Part shown: positions 51,971 through 62,400 of the stretch, one piece after another
How positions within the stretch are numbered: the stretch's first letter is position 1
Layout of the letters: each line of letters starts with the position of its first letter
NCBI GenBank assembly: GCA_905178155.1
Contig: CAJINV010000012.1
Span: 615,271 to 679,270, forward strand
Direction of reading: 5' to 3'
DNA length: 64,000 nucleotides
DNA from: Amoebophrya sp. A120
Lineage: Eukaryota > Protista > Dinoflagellata
Made by a program: the position numbers and the translations under genes
The notes under the pieces: model-generated
Databases searched by the model: none
Seen by the model: the letters and a program-made list of their open reading frames with translations, nothing else
Told to the model about the DNA's origin: nothing

Positions 51971-54900
51971 TCATGTTGCAACTCCATCACTATTCCACCG
52001 GCTTTTCTTCTGAAACAGCAGTAAAACCTCCCGGAAGTTGTTCCTTACTTCGGACACCAGTTCGAAGTTGTAACTTTTCTGTTCTTTGTTCAGAAGAATC
52101 CGTTTGATTATTCTATCACACTTCACGCACTCCGGCATGATCGCGATGTGAATCCAGAAGACGGACTATCAAGCGGAAAAATCCACCCTCCCCATATCGA
52201 AATGGAAATCTGTGATGCAGGATATGAGGTCACAAATCGACTTGTCATGCTAGAAGGCCAAGAGCCGCAGTCGTGGTCTCGTTTGCAGGCAATTTGTCAT
52301 GCTGTTTCCCACTCTCAGCTACCTCCTAGCGTGCTGAAGATGCAAGGCTCCCACACGCCACCCAGCGCTACAGTCTGCATCTTTTCGTTTTCCCTTCTAG
52401 CATGATAAAGCTGATTTGTGACCACAAATCTGCATCGCAAATTTCTAGTTTGAGTATGGGGAGGGGGGATTTTTCCTTTTGATACGGACTTCAGCGTCTC
52501 CTTCATCCCCCGAATGACCGCGTCTTCTGTACCCGAGACTTTTATCCGTACTCCGATCCGCAGCATTCCCGACTCCAGGAAGGACTCTTGGTACGTCGGA
52601 GCTAGGGCAGCCGGTCCTGCTCGTGGGGAAGGCGGTGGAGCTGCTGCTACGTGCTCGACGACGCCCGGCTTCTCCACACTGCTGGAGGTGGACACGGAAG
52701 TACTAATGTGCTCTTTGTAGGTCTGCGGAAAGCGATTTTTGTGCAAGGCCAGAAAGTTTGGATACACCACTTTCTGCAAGAAACCATCCACCGTCTCAAA
52801 CTCCATGCAGGGGCGACGGGAGGTGGACGACACTGGGGAGACATAGTTCGCGCTCTTCCCGTAGTTCATTGTGCTGATCTTGTTCTCATTGTTCTGTAGT
52901 TGATGTGACGCAGCTCCTGGAGGAGGTGCAGCGGCAGAAATCCCAGCAGCTTCGCCATGATTCTTGTTCAGGACTTTCTCCATCTCCTCTTTATACTCTT
53001 CGTTCTTGCAGTTCACCCACTGCTATGCATTGCAAAACCAAAAGTACTATCGCACTACTAGCATGTTGAATCAATAGCTTAGCATTACAAACTCCCTCGA
53101 GATGAACAAAATTGCAATTTGTCATGCTAATTCAAGTAGAGAGCTGGATCTGTCGTGCATATCTGCAATTAGTACGAGTGCGATACTTTTCTTGCACAGG
53201 ATAACTGCAGGCCGGTGAAGGAGTTCGCGCCCTCCGCAAACTGCTCCGCGATGTTTCTTCCCGGATGCATATCACAGGAAAAAGTGTTAAGGTTAACGGT
53301 TTTCAGTTTCACAGTTGGCAGTTATGCATTACAAGTTTTGCCTTCCATTCATGCAACGCAATACAAATTTGGGCACCTTTTCTGATGCATCAATGCATCA
53401 CAAATTCCGTTAACGTTAACACTTGTTCTTGTTCTTGTGATAATGCAGCTTCCGCTCGACCGGCCTGTACCACCCTGACTTGTCCGAAATGAACAGGGCC
53501 GCGGCCCGAGCCAGAAACTTCCCAGAGTCGAAGGCGTTGAGGGTGATGGGGAAGGAAAATCGGCTGCTGGTTGCGTTGAAAAAAGTCTGAAGGGGCGATA
53601 CAGGACTTATTTTCTCAAGATCATCCTGTGGTGCTGCGGGTGCTGGTGCACTGTCATCCAATAGCTGTACAGCTTCTTCGTCATTTATTTTCGGATGATT
53701 TGATACAATCTCTCTTGGCTCTACTTCTGTAATTCCAACATCCTGCTCCCATGAGCCCTCGTCCCGCCACTTCTTTACCTTCACAGCTAGCGGCGTCTCC
53801 TCCTCCTCCTCCCTGACCGGTATCTATGCATTGCAAAAGTATCGTACTCGTATAAATGCATTACAAACTTCCTCAGCATGAGAAATAGAATTTGTAATGC
53901 AGATTTGCCTTGGAAACGAGATTTCTAATGCAAGACTTGCATTTGTACGAGTACGATGCTTTTGCACAGGATAGTATCGGAGACGCGGCGATTTTGGCGA
54001 ACTTCCATTCTTCTTTATGGGAGTGTCAGGATCGAAGTCGACAAAATCGATAAATTTGCAATGCATAGAATGGATTCCAGTTCGAGCCCAGTTTCTAAGT
54101 GGCGCATGACAAATTCTGGCGGTGCCTAAATCCAGTTTGTTGTAATGCTGTTTAGGCAAAGAAGGCTAATTCTCTCATGCTGCTTTAGCAGCTCGACCTA
54201 TATTATCCCCAAGCAGGCTTTTTGCAATCGGCCTCACTTGCCTGCACTGCAACACACGTATTTCGCGTCAAGCATTTTACGCATCACAAATTTTTTGATT
54301 TTGTCAATTTCGATCCTGTCAGTTCCATATTCATCCTTCAATTTGTAGTCCACGCCGTGCACGAAGACATATTCCGCCGGGTAGTTCTTCACGTACTGGT
54401 TCGTTTTCGCGAACAGATTGTCCAAAGTTTTGTTTAGCACCTTGATTGCCGCCCGACTGCCGTCCAATTCGATTACCCCGTAGCGCGCCCACCCAACCGT
54501 CGCCGCCGCGATCACGCAGTCACCGAAAAACCCCCCGATTTCCAGAAACAGATCCGTGTTTGCGCGGTACTTTTCCAATTCAGACGAGACCGGACAGTCC
54601 AGTGCGTGTTTTCTGCGCACCGCGTCGGCGATCAGATCCCGCTGGGGCAAGACGTAGAAAAAAGGAACGGCGCGCGGCGCGTAAAACCCGTTTTTGTCGA
54701 CGCGATACACCTCCGAGTAGCTCACCGGGATGTCCTCTAATTTGCTAGGGAGCGCGAGCTTTTCGAGAACCGGAAAAAGCGGTGATTCGAGCCACTTGTG
54801 AAGTGCGGGGATGTGGTATGACAGTGCACAACTACTCCCCCTCCCCCTCATTTGTATTGCATGAACAGCAATACGAACGCCAGCGACCCTAGAGCTTGCG

Positions 54901-57900
54901 CAATACAAATTCATGTACTTAATGTAGTTGCACTTGCACTGCTTGGGCGTTCGAAAATTGTCATGCATAATAGTGTCGCAAGGGAGCAAGCGAAATTGTG
55001 GATTTTGCATGAGAAATGAGAACGAGGGGCGGGAGTTGTTGTGCGCTGTCATATGTGGGAATTCGAGAGTTTCGTGACAGGGTCCATGACCGTTTCGAAT
55101 AGGTGCATGTCGTTCAAGTGCATGTACTCCAATTCGTTTCTGAGCAACGTGATCGCGCCGGCTAGGTTATCGAAAGGAAAAATCCCCCCTCCCCATATCG
55201 AAAACGAAAGTTGTGATGCTGTATTTGAGGTCACAAATCGACTTGTCATGCTAGAAGGCCAAGAGCCGCAGTTGTGGCCTCGTTTGCAGGCAATTTGTCA
55301 TGCTGTTTCCCACTCTCAGCTGCCTCCTATCATGCTGAAGATGCACGGCTTCCCAACGCCACCCAGCACTACAGTCCGCATTTTTTCCCGTATAGAATGA
55401 CAAAGCTGACTTGTGGCAACAAATCTGCATCACAGATTTCCGTTTTGATATGGGGAGGGAGGATTTTTCCGGTTGATATAGGTCCGCCCCGTTTTCCAAA
55501 TGGTGGAGAAGCAGAATGTCGAATCTGGACTGAAACAGTATCAAACAAAAAAAGTTCGTCACGATCACTCATGCGCATTTTTGCAATACAAAACTGTTTG
55601 TCATGCGCAAAAATGCATCGCAGCCAAACTTTATTAGGGATTTCCCTAGTGTTTCTGCAATACAAGGAAAATTTGTGATGCTAAGAAAATTTGTAATGCA
55701 AACCCTGCAAATTAGTGACTGTGATAAACTTTTTTCTCTCCATAAACAGTTCGTGAATCACGATCGTGTGGTTCTTCTGCGCGGATTTGTGCTGCTGTTT
55801 CAGAGTTCCCGATGCGGAGCTTGGGTGTAGTTGGGTCGCTGTATCCACTTTAAACGTCGCCTCTTGGGTCCACAGTCGATGCGGCTGCCGGTAAAACTCG
55901 TCCACGAACTCCCGTTTCATCCTGTATCAAATGCAAAAGTGTCTGGGTCTGCAAACGTGTAATGCTTGGCGGCGTCTCCTGATGAGGCCACAAGTGCTGG
56001 CTCAGCATGACAAGCTTCTGAGGTTCTAGGTGTCGCCTATTCTGCATGACAAACTACGTTGCTGCGTCACAGAAAAGTGGAGCTCTTGGGTAACGTGCAT
56101 GACAGATTTAAGAGTCATGCCAGACAAGCATGACAAAAATGCACTCTTCCAGACCCAGACATTTTTGCACTTGATATCCTACGCGCCTGCACGAAAGCCG
56201 CCCAGGCGTCCGCAAGGACCACCCCTTCCGACCGTTCGGTCAGGTGGCAGCAGGTGTCGGTGTAAACCTTATCCGGGTCGATGTGGATTATATTTGGTCG
56301 CTGCTCTTGGGCCGTTTCATCTAGTACATCTGATCCTTGTTGTCCAGTGAAAACTGCCGGCGCATCGCTTGTTTCCCTTTCCGTACCTGCTTCCGCGTGT
56401 ACTCGCCCCGGCAGATAGCAGTTTTCGTAAGTCTCTTCCACTAGATCCTCCTTCGCGAAGCCCAGGTAGCTCCAATGAGCCGACCGGAATTTGGACACAG
56501 ACAAGTCTCCGTAGTAGCTGACGGGGCGGTCGTTCGTGTACAGATAGTCTAAGCCCCGAAGTTGGAACTGTCGCTGGTTTTTGTCCACCTCAAGCTCATT
56601 CAGCATCGCAGTCAAAGCTTGGTGCTCGGAGGTGAAAGAAATGGCTGCCTCCACAGTTGATTCTTCTGACCCGTGATTTGTGCGACTTGCTTGTGCTACT
56701 TCCCCTGTTGCAGCTGGAGGTAAAAACTCAACAGTCGGAAACAGCTTGGACTTCCGATCCCGTTTTGAAATCGTTTTGCCAGATCGTAGAATCGTCACCT
56801 CGTCCTTTTCCGTTTTCGAACTGGAGATGAGCAGTGTCGAGGAAGGGAACGTTTTCTCATCGTTTTCAGGATCATCATCATCGTCGCCTACAGCTTCCTG
56901 CTGAGCACCACTCGCTTTGAGTTCCAGATCGGCTTCTGATGTGTCCTGCGTGCTATCAGCCCCAACTCCTTTCTTTCCAGCTTTCTCTACTTTGTTCGCG
57001 TTCGCAGCGTCCAATGCCTGCTTCCAGCGTTTTCTCTCGTCCTCCAGAAACTTTGCGTGTTTCTCCATCTCGGATAGAGACACACCCGGGTACAGTTGCT
57101 CAAATTGTTTCTGCCGCGGCGATTTGGATTTGTCTTGCTCAGAACTAGAGCTGCTGCCGGTCGTGCCTTCTGCTTCTGCTGGAGAAGTTGCAGACGACCC
57201 ACTCGTACTATCTTCCTCATCCACAGCCCGCACCGCGGACACACACCTCTGAAACCCGATATTCCTTCGCACTCGCGCGATGTGCGACAACGTCGCGAAA
57301 ATGGGCTTTAAAATTTGCGGATGGACGCCGTGAACCAAATCGAAGCGGACGGAGGTCATCATCATGATGGTGAACAGATCGCGTTTATCACCTGCAAATA
57401 TGTCTGGGTCTGGAAGAGTGGAATGTTTGTCATGCAAATTCTGCATGACTCTCGACGTCTGTGATGCACGCCCTAGCATCACAGATTTTGTGAGGGGGGC
57501 TTCCTCCTGATAGTGAGGCCTGTAAGTACCGCATGAGAAATGCCCTCTCGCCGTCGCAAAAACTGGACCTATTTTGCTGCTCATGCAATACAGATTTATC
57601 TAGAATCCAAATCCAGCATCACAAGTTGCATCCTTCCAGACCCAGGAGACATATTTGCAATGCATAGTGTTGGACTCTTTTGAACAAATAGTTCACATCT
57701 TGGTCGTACAACTTCCCCTCGATGGACCGGTGCGTCTGAATCCGCCAGCCGAGCGCCTGCGGGTCGGAGAAGTGGGATAGGAGGTTCAACAAGTTTTTTA
57801 ACACGTTGTAGCAGAAGTTCTGGTGGAGGGGTTTGTGGGTCTGCATGGTCACCGCGTGGAGCGATTCCCGTTGTTTCAAAAATTTCTTCCACTTGTGAAA

Positions 57901-58635
57901 CGATTTGGTTTTCTTGTTAATATTCCGCGTCGTGATGGAAGAGGAGGTGGTTAGCTGGGCGGAGGAGGAGACTGGATCGGACGTGTCTTCCGGGTCTGGG
58001 TCCTCGGAGGTGGATGTTGTGGGAGGCCGCGGCTGTGATGTTCCAGCAGGTGGACCACCTCCTGCTGTTTCTATTCCCATTTTTGGCGTCTGGTCGAACA
58101 GCCCGTCTGTACCAGTTGGAGAGGATTCCTCACCGCAACAGTCTCTTTTCATCTCCCTCTCGGCCGCTTTATCCACGTAGGACATTTCAAACGTTTTCAC
58201 GTACATAAATTCCCCATCCACCGCGTGGCCCTGGCTCGTGCCATCGTCGTATTCTTCGAGAAGTATCCTCGCATTGTTTTTCTTCAGCAACTTGTTCGCC
58301 AGCTTCTGCTTCTCCTCAAACACCTCCGCTTTCTGAAAAATCTGCTCATATGCGTCCCACTGCAACGGAAATGCGTCGAAGTTCGGGTAGGCTTTGGGTT
58401 TGTCCAGAAAGGAGAAAAGCGGCTGGGATACCCACCAGTCGATCAGGGAAACGCAGGGGCGGTCCACCGGGAGAACGTCCTTCCACTTGTAGTTGGTTTT
58501 CAATTTGGTGGTGGGACTCGTGGATGATGAACTTGCGTCTGCGGAAGCGGAAACCGGTGTGGCAGTCGGCAAAAAAATTGCCAGGAAGGAAAGCAACGGA
58601 ACAACGACTATCACAAGACGAAAGCCGCGCATCAT
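51971..58635 (-). CDS. secreted/membrane protein with FkbM-like SAM-dependent methyltransferase domain, about 1397 aa spliced
   Basis: Signal peptide MMRGFRLVIVVVPLLSFLAIFLPTA. Motif I LFLEIGGFFGDC and IKVSGTEDAVIRGMKETL (cf. FkbM IDVEGxExxVLxG). Span minus 10 introners and TSDs is 4194 nt, which is 1398 codons. Confidence 0.7.
52167..52484. mobile_element. introner family K (TATC....GGAAAAATCCxCCCTCCCCATA)
   Basis: TIRs; TSD cggac/cggac; close homolog at 55168. Confidence 0.93.
53024..53203. mobile_element. introner family B, diverged
   Basis: TIRs; TSD actgc/actgc. Confidence 0.88.
53270..53442. mobile_element. introner family E
   Basis: TIRs; TSD atgca/atgca; homolog of 6848-7008. Confidence 0.9.
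53825..53973. mobile_element. introner family B
   Basis: TIRs; TSD gtatc/gtatc. Confidence 0.93.
54016..54329. mobile_element. introner family J (opposite orientation)
   Basis: TIRs; TSD ttctt/ttcat. Confidence 0.9.
54817..55053. mobile_element. introner family D
   Basis: TIRs; TSD tgtgg/tgtgg. Confidence 0.9.
55168..55478. mobile_element. introner family K
   Basis: TIRs; TSD taggt/taggt. Confidence 0.93.
55539..55744. mobile_element. introner family C
   Basis: TIRs; TSD aacag/aacag. Confidence 0.93.
55925..56176. mobile_element. introner family A, interior A3
   Basis: TIRs; TSD tcctg/tccta. Confidence 0.92.
57386..57666. mobile_element. introner family A, interior A2
   Basis: TIRs; TSD gcgtt/gtgtt. 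Confidence 0.9.
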
Positions 58636-59408
58636 CTTCCTCGTTGTGGGTAAACGCTGACGCAAAAAAAGTTCTTCCCTGGTTGTAGCAGGAGGTAAAG
58701 TCTGTACAACTACACGACCTCGATAGAAGCGGAGGACCACCCGTGTTAGAGCTACGGATGCACGCATTGAGCTAGTATTTGCAACGAGGCCAGTGCTACA
58801 CACCAGGACGGAAGACAGGAAACTTACGAACACGAATGCGAAACAAGTCGTCCACACTTGGCCGCTTCATTACACCTGTATGACAGAAACACAAGAACAT
58901 GCGGCAAGGGGGTAGTTTCAGAAAGCTCATGCATCAAGACAGAGAGTTCTGATATTCAGGCTGTAAATAAGGCTTAGGCGCTTCTTGTTTGCTCGATTCA
59001 CAGATCAAAACTGTTGCTACGAATGGTCCCTTCAGCAAGTATTCTTCGTAAATATTGTTCGAGTTTAATACCAAGTTCATCACTACTTTCAACTTACGCG
59101 AACCACTCCTGCTCTTTTCGAAGTACCTGAAGAAGCATCTGCCCCTGTAGAAGCGGTATTCCAATTGTCCACACCCACCACCAGGAAATCTCTCAAGACA
59201 AAAATTTCAAAAACTGTACGGCTGTGGTCTTTCGTGCATCGATGCCATGCACGTGCACCTTGTCATCACCCCTGTTCCTATGATCCTTACGGCACCGCGG
59301 CTGGCTGAAGATGACGCCGACAAAAACTGTATTCTCTTCGTTGGTGAATCGAGACACTAGTCAAACGTTGTTTCCATCATGGTATCACCTTGTTCCTGCT
59401 ATTCCTCA

Positions 59409-62400
59409 TCACACCTGAATCACCACAGTCGTGCCCCCAGGAGCAGGAGCCTGCGGCGGACCGGCAGAACCGTACTTGTTGTACCCCGATGTGGCACCAG
59501 TTGTTGCAGCTCCATAGTTGTTCATCTTCCCACCTCCAAAGCCGTCGCTCTTGCTGAGCGAGTCCAGTAAAAAGATCGTCTGTAATATGGGGGCGTCAGG
59601 ATCGAAATCGTCAAAGTTAAAATAATACGTTTGTCATGCATAAAATACAGCCCACAAAGTGCCTGTCTTGCAGAGTAGGTAAGTGAGGCAGATTGCAAGC
59701 CTGTTGAGGAGTAGAAACTGAGCTGCTAAAGTAGCATGAAAAAAGGCGTCTTCCTTATCCAAACAGCATGACAAACAACTGGATTGCGGTTCTACCCAGA
59801 TTTGTCATGCACCACTTAGAAACTAGGCGCCAACTGGTATCCGTTTTATGCATCACAGATTATCTCAACTCTGACGATTTCGATCCTGACACTCCCATAT
59901 GTAATTCCCGCGTGACGTCAATCAGATTCATGTGGTGCGACTGAATCAGTCCCTCCACACTGGTGGCAACGGCGTGAAAAACCAGTAACAGCAAGTACTG
60001 CAGTATCAAAGAAAAAAACAAGTTCGTCACGATCACTCATGCGCATTCTTGCAATGCAAAATTGTTTGTCATGCGTAAAAATGCATCACAGCCAAACTTC
60101 ATTAGGGATTTCCCTAGTGTTTCTGCAATACAAGGAAGGTTTGTGATGCTGAGAAAATTTGTAATGCAAAGCCTGCTAGTTAGTGACTGTGACAAACTTT
60201 TTTCTCTCCATATGCAGCGTGAACTGCCACCGGTGCGTGACGCCAAACACTTTCAAGACCAAAGCGTCGCTTTCCTGAGCAGGACCAAATGGATCACTTC
60301 CACGACCGTTGTGCCCAGCCCAAAAGTTGTAGTCGTAGTTCGTCTATGAAATGCAAAACCATCGCACCCACTCCCACTCGTACTAATTGCAATCATGCAT
60401 TACAAGTTTTTTCTAAAGGTCAATCCGCGTTTACAAATTTTATTTCTCATGCTGATGGAATTTGTCATGCATTTATACGAGTACGATACTTTTGCACAGG
60501 ATATCGCCCGATCGTCGTACTGCTTGGCCTATCAAATGCAAAAATGTCTGGGTCTGGAAGAATTCGCGATTTGTCATGCTGCTTTTCCATGACCCATGAG
60601 GTCTGGAATGCAGGACCTCGCATGACAGATTCTGCGAGACCTTTCTAATGCCTATCCTGCATGAGAAACTACCTCCCGACTTGGTCAAAACTGGACGACT
60701 TTTGGTAATCACGCAACACAGATTTTTGCATGCTGCAGATTTAGCATGACAAGTTGCAATCTTCCAGACCCAGACATTTTTACATTTGATATGGCCATGT
60801 TCAGGTACAGGTTGAAGCACACGAGAATATCGTGAGAAAAAAGTGTCACAGTTAGAGTTAAGTACACACTCTGATGCATAACCAGCAAGACAAGCAACCT
60901 CTATCATGCAGGAAAAAATGCTTGCCAGTCTCACGTTATGCCGGTTTTCCCTAGTAGTATGCGCATTACAAGTTTTCTTTGCCATACAGAACAACTTTGT
61001 GATGCTGAAATTACAACAAATGTGTAACTGTATACACTTTTTCCCTTGGATAGAGAAGGAACCCCATGTAGTAGGTCAAAAGAAGCGCAAACAGCAGAGA
61101 CATCACGGCCTTGCGCCGCCGCTGCGCGTTTGCGACGGATTGGTATTCATCGGTAGACGTGGTTTATGCATTTCAAAAGTATAATCGCCCACCTAGGAAA
61201 AATCGCATTACATATTGATTTACCCAACATGACAAATTGCACTTGTCATGCTGGTTTACCTGGAAATGCAGAATTGTTATGCATATCTGCAATTAGAATT
61301 AAAACAACTACGAGCGCGATACTTTTGCAGTTGATAGGGTTATATGAACTGCAAAAGTATCGCATTCGTATAAATGCATTACAAATTTCCTCAGCATGAG
61401 AAATAAAATCTGTAATGCTGATTTACCTCAAGAAAAAGATTTGTAATGCAGGTATCGCATTTATACGAGTACGATACTTTTGCACAGGATAGGTTACGTC
61501 GTCTTCGTGGACGGAAGCGGTGCAGGCCTGACAGTTGTAGTAAAGTTGTCATGCATGAATTTCATTTCAAAATTACGCTTCACGCAAAACAAGCATTACA
61601 AAAAGGCACTGTCTTGCATGAAAGCCACAAAACACTATACCGCAGACAGCAGGAAGAACGCGGCGCCACCCCCGCAGAGCAACGGCTATGCAATACAAAT
61701 TTCCCGCACATGTACAACATGCATCACAAATTTCACCAATTTGGAGCGTAAAACTTGTCATGCTAAATGAGGATCGAAGCCAAGTTTTGTCATGCAGATA
61801 CCGTATTTGTACGTCGTGTACGGGAGATTTAAAGTGGATAACGGCAAGAAGAAGTGCACGGCGAGCGAGTGCATGTACAGGTTGTAGAAAGTGATCACGA
61901 ACAGCATCAGTAAGCAGAAGATAAACAACCAAACACTCCAGGTTTGGAAGATGCTCTGCTCGCCAGATTCGCCGATAATTGCACTTCCATTTTTCGCGTT
62001 CGTGTTTCCCATCGTGGATCCAGCAGGCCAGCTATGATCAGAAAGAAGAGAATGAATTTTGTCAATTTCGAATGATAATCCTAGGTTGGAGATGACACAG
62101 GGCAACTCCAACGCGAGGGCTTCTATTAAATTTGTGATCATGTTGTATGGTAGACGCCTGCTCCACATTGAGCTAGGTAGATGCAAGTCGTTTTTCCTTT
62201 CTCATGTTAGCAAGATCTTGGTACTACGTACAAGCATGTATCGCTTCTCTTCCCATACAGCTGCGCTACCGCCCCGCCAGCAATGTACTCTTGTTGCTGT
62301 TGATTCACGGTTGCACCACCCGCTAATTTGCTTTTCTCTTCGAGCGATGAAATGTACTCTTCGGCCCCGTCTTTCCCAACCTTCGAACTGCTCGTGGTTA

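Noticed and set aside
60473-60994. Recurrent peptides such as KMSGSGR, PDPDIF, CKSIVLV and YEYDTFA suggesting a protein repeat family
   Set aside because: They are translations of introner TIRs, not coding sequence.
60345-61491. CRISPR-like repeat-spacer array
   Set aside because: The repeats are 150-260 bp TIR elements of different families, the spacers are in-frame exons, the context is eukaryotic, and no cas genes are present.
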